Part shown: positions 50,103 through 59,321 of the stretch, in pieces | How positions within the stretch are numbered: the stretch's first letter is position 1 | Layout of the letters: every line of letters starts with the position of its first letter | Source of the DNA: Polyangiaceae bacterium | GTDB lineage: Bacteria > Myxococcota_A > Polyangia > Polyangiales > Polyangiaceae | NCBI GenBank assembly: GCA_044376115.1 | Contig: JBILLK010000004.1 | Coordinates: forward strand, 32,001 to 96,000 | DNA length: 64,000 nt | Direction: 5' to 3' | Program-made: the position numbers and the translations under genes | The notes under the pieces: model-generated | Database searches by the model: none | Told to the model about the DNA's origin: nothing | What the model saw: only the letters and a program-made list of their open reading frames with translations

Positions 50103-51007
50103 TCGCGCTTGCGTCGCTTGAACACACCGCGCGAGAAGGGCTTCAGCACCGGGGCGATGTTTTGCGCAATATCATCGCCCCACTCACCACCATCGATTCC
50201 GTCACGCGGCATCGCGTCACTGCGCACCAAGAAAAACCCAGGCATGCGAGCCGTCGGATAGTTGAGGCGCTTGAGATCGTCGCCGAAGACCTCGATGTCC
50301 ACACGAACGAGCCGCGTGGTTGAAAGCGCGTCCTGCATCAACGGATCCGTGAGCGAGACCATCACGCCGTCACAGGGGCCGCAGCCGGCGCGCCCCAGCA
50401 TCAACATCACCTCGCGGTTCTCTTTCTTGGCGGTTTCAACTTCACGAAGGATGGCTGCGCTCAGGGATGGTTCCGCGACCCCCATCTCCACCACCGGAAT
50501 GTTGCCGATCGTACGGGTCTGCGTGGTTTGAGGCACCGTCCCTTGCGGGCTGGGCAAAGCCGGCGCCTTGAGCGGCGTTGCGGTCTTCAGCGCCTCCGCC
50601 TCGGCCTCGCGTTTCGCGCGTTCCTCACTCTCACGCTCGCGCTGTTTTGCGGCCCAGCGTTCGTCCTCGCGGGTGACCTTGGCGTGCTGCGTTTCGAGCT
50701 CCCGCATCACGAGCACCGTGGTGCCGACTGCATACCCAACGGTGAGCAGGCCACCGAGCCCCACGGCCGAGAGCGCGAGGCCGCGGCCACGCATGGTGCC
50801 GAGACGCGTCTGCCGCAGGCCTGCAACGCCGAAGAAAATGGCTGCAATGCTGCCGATTGGTAGGAGCGAGAGCAGCGCGCCGGTCACAGCGGCCGGGGAA
50901 AACGGCGGTTTCTTCGGAGGAGCAGGCTTCTTACCCAGAAATGGATCGAAGAGGACTGCTTCTTGAGGTTCTTGCTCGTTGCCCAGCACAGACGAGGGAT
51001 GCGCCAC
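50066..51007 (-). CDS. DUF4190 membrane domain fused to a thioredoxin-like domain
   Basis: AIFFGVAGLRQ....RGRGLALSAVGLG (DUF4190-like), coiled linker, GCGPC motif, VRVDI and cis-Pro-like RMPGF. Confidence 0.7.
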   Translation of the reverse strand: MAHPSSVLGNEQEPQEAVLFDPFLGKKPAPPKKPPFSPAAVTGALLSLLPIGSIAAIFFGVAGLRQTRLGTMRGRGLALSAVGLGGLLTVGYAVGTTVLVMRELETQHAKVTREDERWAAKQRERESEERAKREAEAEALKTATPLKAPALPSPQGTVPQTTQTRTIGNIPVVEMGVAEPSLSAAILREVETAKKENREVMLMLGRAGCGPCDGVMVSLTDPLMQDALSTTRLVRVDIEVFGDDLKRLNYPTARMPGFFLVRSDAMPRDGIDGGEWGDDIAQNIAPVLKPFSRGVFKRRKREWKPLPMSGTFL

Positions 51008-51123
51008 AAGCGGAGGATAGCCCGAGAATTGAACTCGTGCCGCCCAGACTGCGACAAACTAGCGTACCGTTCCCGGACCGCGCGATGCTGCCAGCCACTA
51101 CCTCCGGACCTGAGGTCCTCCCG

Positions 51124-52422
51124 ATGTGCCGAGCAACGACCGAATCCAATCCTAGGCTGCTGATCGCAGGCTTGCTGCTCACGTGGCTCAGTGGCTGTGA
51201 CCTGCTGAAAAATGAATCGGCCCCCGCTCCCACCCCAGCGAAGCCGCCTGCCAGTGATTCGGCGCCCTCGGCGACCGCTGCTCCCCCACCCCCTCCGCCG
51301 CCGGACAGTACGCCCAAGGGCCAGGGCGTTTCCAAGATCGCGAAGGCCTCGGACAAGGCCCTCGGATGCAGCCCCACCGAGTTTGAGCTCGCGAGCTACC
51401 TCTTGCGCGGGGAGCTCACCTTGGCTGGCCGGCCCGCAGCGAAACCCGAGGAGGGTGAGTTCGCCGCGAGTTGGCTGGTGCAGCTGCCGGGCAAGGCGCA
51501 AATTGCGTTCGCCGGGTTCGACCACAAATCGCGCCGGCTCGCGCGCGACCGCAGCATCGGCAACGCCCGTGAGCACGCACCCAAGCTATTCGCCACCGGG
51601 GATCGCTGGACGGTCGCTTGGTTCGACGACGAGGGCTTGGCTTACGCGCACCCAACCTGGGAGACCAACCCAGCGCCCGAGCTCTCCCACTTCAGCGCGA
51701 TCAAGTCGGTCGAGCCGAAGCAGATCACCTTCTCCAAGCTCGACGCCGGCTTCCTTGTTTCGTCGCCCTTCGGGACCAACGGCGACCAAGTCTCGTTGTT
51801 CCGCTTCACCCCCACCGTCGACGGCCAGAAGGCCACCGCGGTTGGCGTAACGAAGGACGCGAAGTCCCCGCAAAAACCGGTGGTCGCGCCCAGCAAGTCG
51901 GGTTTCACGCTGGCCTGGTTCGAGGCGGGCGGAGTGATCGTCGGGACGCGTTTGGACGCGACGGGCACGCAGGTCGGGGTTTCAGCGCCGCTCGTTACCC
52001 CCGGTGAAGGGCGCGACGTCTCGTCGCTGAGCCTCACGGCGATGCCCAACGACTCGCTGATGGTTTGGGTCGAGGGCGAGCGCATCGTCGGACGCTTGGT
52101 TGATGAAGAGGCCCGCGCGAAGGGCGACGTATTCGTGATCGGTAAAGGCCGTTACCCGCAGGTATTGGCCGACGGGGATTCGGTGATCGTGGTGTTTGTC
52201 GGTCCGGCCGACGAGGAGAAGGACGCCGTGCTGGCGACCCGTGTGAGCGCGGCCGGCGCAAGCTCGGAGGCCGTTCGGCTCAACGCCAAGCCAGCGCTGG
52301 ATCCGCCTGCGGTGGCTCTCGCCAACGGCCGGCTCGCCTTCGCCTGGACCGAGGCGATGGGCCCGGCGATCGCGAGCAAGCGAGCGTGGCTACGCATCAT
52401 CGACAAGGCCTGCGTCAAGTAG
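51124..52422 (+). CDS. Hypothetical lipoprotein, beta-rich
   Basis: Lipobox LSGC, Pro-rich linker, repeated (V/L)AW motifs suggesting propeller blades. Confidence 0.65.
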   Translation: MCRATTESNPRLLIAGLLLTWLSGCDLLKNESAPAPTPAKPPASDSAPSATAAPPPPPPPDSTPKGQGVSKIAKASDKALGCSPTEFELASYLLRGELTLAGRPAAKPEEGEFAASWLVQLPGKAQIAFAGFDHKSRRLARDRSIGNAREHAPKLFATGDRWTVAWFDDEGLAYAHPTWETNPAPELSHFSAIKSVEPKQITFSKLDAGFLVSSPFGTNGDQVSLFRFTPTVDGQKATAVGVTKDAKSPQKPVVAPSKSGFTLAWFEAGGVIVGTRLDATGTQVGVSAPLVTPGEGRDVSSLSLTAMPNDSLMVWVEGERIVGRLVDEEARAKGDVFVIGKGRYPQVLADGDSVIVVFVGPADEEKDAVLATRVSAAGASSEAVRLNAKPALDPPAVALANGRLAFAWTEAMGPAIASKRAWLRIIDKACVK

Positions 52423-52534
52423 CACAGCCGTCAGACGCGAACGAAGAACGGCGGCCCTTCAGTTCGAAGCTTCCACCTTCTTGCGCTCAACCCAATGATC
52501 TTTCGGCTGTGCAATCCAGCTATCGTGGGCGGCG

Positions 52535-53446
52535 ATGGGGGAGCACGAAGCGTACGCACGTGGACACGAGTTGCTGCAAAACCTGGTACGAGGAGACGCA
52601 GCGTTGGGCCTGGTCGCCGATCTCGAGACGCACCAACGCACGATGACGACGTGCTTGTGGCAAGCCGCGGAGGCTGGCGTTGCGGCGGCTTTTCGCGATC
52701 TCAGCGATTGTTACGCTGCGCGCCTCGTACCGCTCGGCGCCTTCGACGGCGTTGGACCGGAGAGCGCCGAGTCGAAGCGTTGGAGCGAGCAAGCTCTCGT
52801 CTTCGTCGATCCAGAACCTTCTCGCGAGCTCACCTTACGTTGCCTTGCCGAAGCGCTGCGGCTGGGTGATCGCACAGCGCTGCGTTCGCTCGTGCGCTGG
52901 TCTCACGACTCCGGCGCAGAGAACAAGAAGCACGTATTGCGCTTGCTCCTCGAACAGAAGGAGCCAACGCCGGCCGAACTCCACCAGCTAGGGTTATTGC
53001 AACATTGGCTCGGTGACGCCGAGGGCAGCGCCAAGACCCATGAACGCGCAGCAGAGCTTGGCAACGCCGACGCTCAATTTGAACTGTACGTTTTCTACGC
53101 ACAGGGAATTGGGGTGCAGCCCAACGCAAAGAGCGCCAACCACTGGCTCCAGCGCGCTGCGGAAGGCGGTCAATCGCGAGCGCTGTACAACCTCGGAGCG
53201 GCCTTTGCTACCGGCACCAGCGGCGAGCGCGACCTCGAAAGAGCGGCGGACTTCTACCGCCGCGCCGCAGAGCAAGGCAACGGACGCGCTGCCGCCAACA
53301 TCGCCGTGATGGTGCTCAGCGGCGAGCTCGACGGTCCGGACGAAGAAGCCATCCGCATGCTCGACTGGGCGGACGACCTCGGCTTTCCCTCGCGCGAAAT
53401 GTTGGACGCAGTCGGGCTCGATGACCCGCGTGAGACTTCGTCTTGA
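52535..53446 (+). CDS. Sel1-like repeat protein
   Basis: RAAELGNADAQFEL...GIGV, RAAEGGQSRALYNLG, RRAAEQGNGRAAAN. Confidence 0.8.
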   Translation: MGEHEAYARGHELLQNLVRGDAALGLVADLETHQRTMTTCLWQAAEAGVAAAFRDLSDCYAARLVPLGAFDGVGPESAESKRWSEQALVFVDPEPSRELTLRCLAEALRLGDRTALRSLVRWSHDSGAENKKHVLRLLLEQKEPTPAELHQLGLLQHWLGDAEGSAKTHERAAELGNADAQFELYVFYAQGIGVQPNAKSANHWLQRAAEGGQSRALYNLGAAFATGTSGERDLERAADFYRRAAEQGNGRAAANIAVMVLSGELDGPDEEAIRMLDWADDLGFPSREMLDAVGLDDPRETSS

Positions 53447-53450
53447 GGGG

Positions 53451-53489
53451 ACCCGCGGGCGCACAAGCGCGGGTGCGCTTCTAAGCGCA
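53451..53489. terminator. Tandem hairpins between convergent genes
   Basis: ACCCGCG/CGCGGGT (53451-53474) and TGCGCTT/AAGCGCA (53474-53489). Confidence 0.4.
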
Positions 53490-53490
53490 G

Positions 53491-53865
53491 CTACTTCCTT
53501 GCCGTCTTGACGATCAGATAGTCGACGGGATCGATCGGAGAGGCGTTCTCGATCTCGAGCAGCTGCCCTTTGGCGAGATAAACGCAGCCACCTGAGCTGA
53601 GCTGGTGCGTCTTACCGGCAACCTTGATGAGGGCGTTACCAGCCACCACGATCACCACCTCATCAGCGCTCTCTTGGTGATGCGCTCCTACGTGACCGCC
53701 GGCCTCGAGACGGCAGCCAAGCACAGCCTCGAAGGGCGCCGCCTTCGCGTTGCCAAGCAGGTCTGCGACCGTAACCTCGCCCTTGCCACCAAAGAGACTT
53801 TGCTTCGTCCAGCTCGCAAAATTCTGCTCAAACACGGGACGCAGCCTATCAGAGTGAATGGTCAA
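53491..53865 (-). CDS. Cupin-domain protein
   Basis: GGHVGAHHQESADEVVIVVAG cupin motif 1; the second-motif His appears absent. TTGA overlap with the mutS stop. Confidence 0.75.
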   Translation of the reverse strand: MTIHSDRLRPVFEQNFASWTKQSLFGGKGEVTVADLLGNAKAAPFEAVLGCRLEAGGHVGAHHQESADEVVIVVAGNALIKVAGKTHQLSSGGCVYLAKGQLLEIENASPIDPVDYLIVKTARK

Positions 53866-56489
53866 CGATTCAACTGCTGCTTCAGCTTCGCCAACAGATT
53901 CAGCGCCTCGAGCGGCGTCAGCCGATCCACGTCCGCGTTGCGCAATTTGTTGAGCACCGCGGACTCGGCGGCTTTGGGCGCCGGCGCTTCCACCTGTGCG
54001 AATAGTCCCAGCTGTTGCTTCGTCACGCGTCCCCTGCCCTTCGTCTGGGCCTCGCCCTGCTCGAGCTCCTCACACAAGGCCTCGGCTCGAGCCAGCACCG
54101 CGCTCGGTAAACCAGCAAGCCTCGCGACCGCGATGCCGTAGCTCTTGTTGGCCGGACCAGAAAGCAGCGTGTGCAGAAAGACGATGCCTCCTTCGTGCTC
54201 ACGGGCGCTGACCGAGACGTTGACGAGGTGACGCGCGCTCTTCGCCAGCTCGGTCAGCTCATGGTAGTGCGTCGCGAAAAGCGCCCGACAACCAACCACG
54301 TCGTGCAGATACTCGGCAACGGCCCAGGCGATCGCGAGGCCGTCGTAGGTGCTGGTACCGCGGCCGATCTCGTCCAGGATCACCAGGCTGCGCGCGGTAG
54401 CGCTCTTGAGGATCGACGCGGTCTCGCGCATTTCGACCATGAAGGTGCTCTCACCGCGCGCGAGGTTATCGGAGGCGCCTACGCGCGAGAGCAGCCGATC
54501 CACGACGCCGATTCGGGCGCGTTCGGCGGGCACATACGAACCGACCTGCGCCAATAGCGTGATCAAGGCGACCTGCCGCATCAACGTGGATTTGCCGGCC
54601 ATGTTGGGCCCGGTAACCAGCCACAAGCGGCCGGCGGCGAGATCGAGCACAGTGTCGTTGGGCACGAACGCGCCGCGAGCGACGTGCGCCTCGACGACGG
54701 GGTGACGGCCGCCGATGATCTCAATCACGCCCTCACGGTCCACCTGCGGCTTCACGAAGTCCCGCTCGTGAGCGACCTCCGCAAGGCTCGAGGCGAAGTC
54801 CCAATTGGCGACGCGGTTCGCCAATTCGCGCAGGGCCTCCTCCTCGACGCGCGTCGCCTCCAGCAGCGTCGTCAAGAGTTCGAGCTCACGCTCTCGCACC
54901 AGCGTTGCCGCCCGTTCGATATCGGCTGCAAGCTGATCGAGCGCCGGGGTGGTGTAGCGCTCACCGCCGGCCACCGTCTGCTTGCGCACGAAGGACGCCG
55001 GCACCTTCGCCAATTGGCTCTTGGTGACCTCGACGTACCAACCGAACACGCTGTTGAAGCGAATGCGCAAGGTTTGAGCGCCCGTCTCGGTGCGCAGCCG
55101 GCCCTCCCAGCGCGCGATCTCCTCGGTACCGCCACGCTCGAGCGCGCGTTCGCGATCCAGCACCTTGTCGACGCCATCACGGATGACGCCGCCGTCTTTT
55201 GCGGTCACCGGCGGCGCGTCCACCAAGAATTTGTCGAGCTGCTCGAACAAGCCCTGCAACCGGTCACTCTCCAGGCTCACGAGCTTGGTCTCGAGCGTGG
55301 CCGGAATGCTCTCGATCAAGGCGATGATCTGGGGAAGCATGCGCAGCGCATCGCGCAGCTGACCAAGATCCCGAGGGCCCGCCTCGGCGAGCGCCACACG
55401 CACTGCGATGCGCTCGAGATCCGGCATCTTCGCCAAAAGGGCGCGCAGCTGCTCGCGCACGCGCGCGTGTACCACGAAGGACTCGACCTCCTCTTGTCGC
55501 GCGCGGATCTGCGCGACCTCGCTGAGCGGGGAGAGCAAGCGCCTGCGTAGCAAACGAGCGCCGCCTGAAGTGAGCGTGCGATCGATCACCGAGAGAAGCG
55601 TTGGTTCCTTCCGCCCGTCGAAGGTCCGCACCAGCTCCAGGTGGGCTTGCGCCGTCTCATCGATGTAGAGCCCAGCTCCCGAGGCGAGCGGCCGCAGGCG
55701 TCGCACCGGAACGCCCGCGCGCGGCGAGCAAGCTCGAGCGTACGCGAGCGTGCGCGCGGCTGCGGCTCGGGCCAACTCCGAGAAGTCGTTGCGCGCTTCA
55801 GCGAGGCCCTCCGTCCCGAGCACCGCCTCCAGCGTCGCCTCCACCGCGGCGGGAACATCCGCCTCATTGCGCAGCGCTGCCGGGTAGACCGCTTGCACCA
55901 AGGGCCCGAGCTCCTGACACAACGGCCCCAGGAGGATCTCGCGCGGGCGGTGGCGCACCAACTCGGCCAGCACATGAGAGCCTGTCTCGAGCTCGGCCGC
56001 GAACAGCTCGCCGGTCGAAAAATCGAGGAACGCTACCCCGAAGGGCGCCCCTTCCGGCCGGCACTCCACGGCGGCCAGGAACAGATTTTCGCGGGCCTCC
56101 AAGTGCTCTTCACTGGTGACGAGGCCCGGGGTGAGCACCCGCACGACAGCGCGCGGCACGATACCTTTGACCTTGGACGGATCCGCGAGCTGCTCACACA
56201 AAGCGACCTTGTGTCCGAAGGCCAGCAGCTTGGCGATGTAGGCGTGCGCTGAGTGGTGTGGAACGCCGCACATCGGCTCGCTCTCACGATCCTCCTTTTG
56301 GCGGCTAGTCAGCGTCAGCCCGAGCAGCTGCGAGACGAGGATCGCGTCATCGAAGAACATCTCGTAGAAGTCACCGAGACGGAAAAAGAGGATCGCGTCG
56401 GGGTGCTCAGCTTTCGCGTCGGCGAACTGCTGCATCACCGGCGTGCGCTTCGTCTTCTTGGTCTCCGCGTTGCGCGGCTCTTTCGCCAT
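53862..56489 (-). CDS. mutS: DNA mismatch repair protein MutS
   Basis: TPVMQQF, FRLGDFYEMF, PMCGVP, GRHPVVE, TGPNMAGKST, STFMVEM, DEIGRGTST.DG, ATHYHEL, SYGIAVA, TPLEAL. Confidence 0.98.
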   Translation of the reverse strand: MAKEPRNAETKKTKRTPVMQQFADAKAEHPDAILFFRLGDFYEMFFDDAILVSQLLGLTLTSRQKEDRESEPMCGVPHHSAHAYIAKLLAFGHKVALCEQLADPSKVKGIVPRAVVRVLTPGLVTSEEHLEARENLFLAAVECRPEGAPFGVAFLDFSTGELFAAELETGSHVLAELVRHRPREILLGPLCQELGPLVQAVYPAALRNEADVPAAVEATLEAVLGTEGLAEARNDFSELARAAAARTLAYARACSPRAGVPVRRLRPLASGAGLYIDETAQAHLELVRTFDGRKEPTLLSVIDRTLTSGGARLLRRRLLSPLSEVAQIRARQEEVESFVVHARVREQLRALLAKMPDLERIAVRVALAEAGPRDLGQLRDALRMLPQIIALIESIPATLETKLVSLESDRLQGLFEQLDKFLVDAPPVTAKDGGVIRDGVDKVLDRERALERGGTEEIARWEGRLRTETGAQTLRIRFNSVFGWYVEVTKSQLAKVPASFVRKQTVAGGERYTTPALDQLAADIERAATLVRERELELLTTLLEATRVEEEALRELANRVANWDFASSLAEVAHERDFVKPQVDREGVIEIIGGRHPVVEAHVARGAFVPNDTVLDLAAGRLWLVTGPNMAGKSTLMRQVALITLLAQVGSYVPAERARIGVVDRLLSRVGASDNLARGESTFMVEMRETASILKSATARSLVILDEIGRGTSTYDGLAIAWAVAEYLHDVVGCRALFATHYHELTELAKSARHLVNVSVSAREHEGGIVFLHTLLSGPANKSYGIAVARLAGLPSAVLARAEALCEELEQGEAQTKGRGRVTKQQLGLFAQVEAPAPKAAESAVLNKLRNADVDRLTPLEALNLLAKLKQQLNR

Positions 56490-56497
56490 GGGGCTGC

Positions 56498-59320
56498 TCA
56501 GAAGAACTGACGAAGGTCCCCGAGCAAATCCCCCGGAAACAGAATCAGCCCCTCGAGACCGCCGTCGGTTACCACCATTTGGTCCAGCGGTTCCACATAG
56601 CCCATCGAAAGCACCTGCACCGAGCGCCGGTTGGAGTCGGTAAGGTTCGCTCGCATGGCCTCGAACGAGGCCTGCGTGATGAACGAGAACGCCATGTCGC
56701 GAGCGGGCTCTTCGGTCTCCTCTTTGGTCGGATCACCGAGCTCGATCGCCAGGGAGAAGAGGGCGTTCTTGAACGCAAATTCGCCGCCGAGCTGCGGCAA
56801 AGCTCCGAACGGCGCAGCGCGAACGCGACCGAGCTTGAGCGAGTCCTTCGGGTCACAGGAAGGACGACACTCGCCGCCCACCGAATCGGCGATCACGTTG
56901 TGTACGAAGCCAGAGGCGCCACCGATCACGATCCACTCGTCGCCAGGCCGGATTTCGTAGTCGACGAGGGTCGGAAAGCAGCAGGAGAGCGCGTCGGCAT
57001 CGGTGTTCGCTGCGAGCTCAACCTTTAGCTCGTTCTCGAACGCCTCTGTAACCTTGAGCTCGCGCTGCTCGGTCGGTGAATTCGGCTCGCCGAAGGCGGA
57101 GCGGCACTCTTGGAAGGTGCACGCTGCGGTCTGCCAGTAAACGTCCTCCACCTCGAACAGTGGCTCGGTGATGTGAACCCTGTCCGCATAGCGAGCTGCG
57201 GCCTCCTGTTGCTCTTGCTCGCTGAGCCCGGAGCTCGCCAAACTGTCCCGAACGGCTGCTTCCGATTGCACGCCACGGCGGCAGAAACCGACCGACTCAT
57301 CGAGGAAGAGCCCAAGCCCGGCGTTGAGCTGGCCCACGTGCGCATCGAAACCAGGCAGCTTGCCTTGGTAGGTGATCGCCCATTCTTGATCACCCTGGTG
57401 CACGCGCGGATCTTGCAGGTTCATCCGCAACCCAGGCTTCAGCCCGTCATCATCGATGATCAAGCCTGTTTCGGCGTCGATCGTGAGCACGTCACCACCG
57501 ACCGAAAGCGATGGCTCGGTCTCCGAAGGATCAACCACGGCGCGCAGCGTGGGCCCGGTGGTGATCACGGTACCGTCCTCGCTCGCAAGCGAGGGGAAGG
57601 TCTGGATACCGGGTTGATGACGACCGACGTCGTCGTTGGTCAGCAGGTAGCTCGCCGCACGCGGCTGATGAGCGAGGACCACGTTGCACGAAGGCTCGTT
57701 CGTCGTCTTCAGGTCGCTCACCGTCTCGCTGCAGCCGAGCGCCGGCGAAGCGTTGACCGGCCCGCGGCAGGGAGCGTCGAAGTCCTCGACGTCGATCACC
57801 GCTACTTGGCCGGTGGCCAGCGAGATCATCCCATACACGCCTCGCAACGTGAACGGACCTGCGCCCTCCTCGTAGTCGCTCGTGGCGCGATACAGCGTCC
57901 CGAGATCACACTCTTCCTCGCCGCTCGAGCACACGTCCGCTCCCGGGTCTGGGTCGCAGCTCGTCCCAACGGCGGCCGTCTGCGAACCATTCGACTTTGG
58001 TTCGTCGCGCATCACCAGCGTTACGTCGGTGGGCGCCGCAGCAAACCTCACGCGGTCCGACGGTTGAAACGGGTTCACCTCGGGGTTCTGCCGACGGAGC
58101 GGCAGCTTGGGGGAGCTCGGGCTGGTAACGTCGAAGGCCATCACGCTACGGTCCTCGGCGTCGATTGCGTACAGGTAGCGTTTCTCGGCTGGCGTGAGCG
58201 GACTCACGCTGAGCCGCGAGGTGATCACGGTGCGGGTCGGATCCTCGATCGACGTAGCGACCAAGGGGTTGTCCTCCAGCCGCGGCGCGCACACGTCGTT
58301 GACGTCGACGATGTGGATCAGCGGGAGCGAAAGGTCCGAGACGAACAGGCGACCTCCCGTGTTACCGGCTGTGGCAGACTTGTTGATCGCCACGGCGATT
58401 TGCGACGGGGTGGCTGCTCCCGCGAGCGTCACCGGCGATACAGTCTCCGGCAAGCCACAAGCCGGCGTGTCGGCGAAGACCTCGGGCTCGGTCGGTGGAA
58501 CCTGCGTCCCCATGGTGACGGAGGCCAACTCGACGCAGTCAGCGACCTCGCCGGGTGCCGAACTCAGCAGGTTCTGTGCATCGATCACCGCAATGCGACC
58601 CTCGCGCGGCAGCGTCACGTAAAGCAGTTGCCGGCCCAACCCCTCGCGGTCGAGGCTGCCGTAGGCTGCGCCCTCACCGTCGACCGGTTGGTAGTCCCCA
58701 GCGCACGCAACCCGCACGTTGCCACCGGCATCCGGAGGATCAGCGAGCATCACCAGATCCGAGGGTGCGGAACTCAAAGCGCAGGTCGGCCACGAAGAAA
58801 GAGTTGGCGGTGCTTTATCGCACTGCGCTGAGTCGACTTCGCACGGCCGCAAACGCTCGCCGGGCAACGCCGTTAGCACTGGCCTTGCCGGATCGGCCGA
58901 AGCAACGAACACGGCCGTGCCCTTCGGACTTGCAACCACGGCCACCGGAGCCGCCCCCACTGGTAGCGGCGTCTCTCCTGGCACGGACGGATCAAAATCG
59001 AGGACGTTGTTCTCATCCGACGACAAATCCACGACCGCGATCTCGCCCCGCGTTTCAAGCGTGACGACGGCGTACACATGCGACGCCGAATCATCCCCGC
59101 CGAAGTCGGTTGGTGCGTCGTAGATGGTGTCATTGCAGTCGCCGAGCGCGCGAATCGCCGCGTTCGAACCAGGCTTGCCCGCGCACAAAACGGTGAACTG
59201 ACCAACCCGTTCGAGCGACCCGACCGAGGGTGTCGAATCATCTCCCGAGCAGGCGAAGAAGAAGGCCGGTGCGCTGGCGAGGGCGCCGAGCGGCAGTGCA
59301 AAGCGAAGGAGGTGTCTCAT
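56498..59320 (-). CDS. Large acidic Cys-rich hypothetical lipoprotein (beta-propeller-like)
   Basis: About 940 aa; signal ending FFACS; repeated IAV(V/I)D strands; starts 1 nt after the upstream TAA, with GAGGAG RBS. Confidence 0.7.
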   Translation of the reverse strand: MRHLLRFALPLGALASAPAFFFACSGDDSTPSVGSLERVGQFTVLCAGKPGSNAAIRALGDCNDTIYDAPTDFGGDDSASHVYAVVTLETRGEIAVVDLSSDENNVLDFDPSVPGETPLPVGAAPVAVVASPKGTAVFVASADPARPVLTALPGERLRPCEVDSAQCDKAPPTLSSWPTCALSSAPSDLVMLADPPDAGGNVRVACAGDYQPVDGEGAAYGSLDREGLGRQLLYVTLPREGRIAVIDAQNLLSSAPGEVADCVELASVTMGTQVPPTEPEVFADTPACGLPETVSPVTLAGAATPSQIAVAINKSATAGNTGGRLFVSDLSLPLIHIVDVNDVCAPRLEDNPLVATSIEDPTRTVITSRLSVSPLTPAEKRYLYAIDAEDRSVMAFDVTSPSSPKLPLRRQNPEVNPFQPSDRVRFAAAPTDVTLVMRDEPKSNGSQTAAVGTSCDPDPGADVCSSGEEECDLGTLYRATSDYEEGAGPFTLRGVYGMISLATGQVAVIDVEDFDAPCRGPVNASPALGCSETVSDLKTTNEPSCNVVLAHQPRAASYLLTNDDVGRHQPGIQTFPSLASEDGTVITTGPTLRAVVDPSETEPSLSVGGDVLTIDAETGLIIDDDGLKPGLRMNLQDPRVHQGDQEWAITYQGKLPGFDAHVGQLNAGLGLFLDESVGFCRRGVQSEAAVRDSLASSGLSEQEQQEAAARYADRVHITEPLFEVEDVYWQTAACTFQECRSAFGEPNSPTEQRELKVTEAFENELKVELAANTDADALSCCFPTLVDYEIRPGDEWIVIGGASGFVHNVIADSVGGECRPSCDPKDSLKLGRVRAAPFGALPQLGGEFAFKNALFSLAIELGDPTKEETEEPARDMAFSFITQASFEAMRANLTDSNRRSVQVLSMGYVEPLDQMVVTDGGLEGLILFPGDLLGDLRQFF

Positions 59321-59321
59321 G

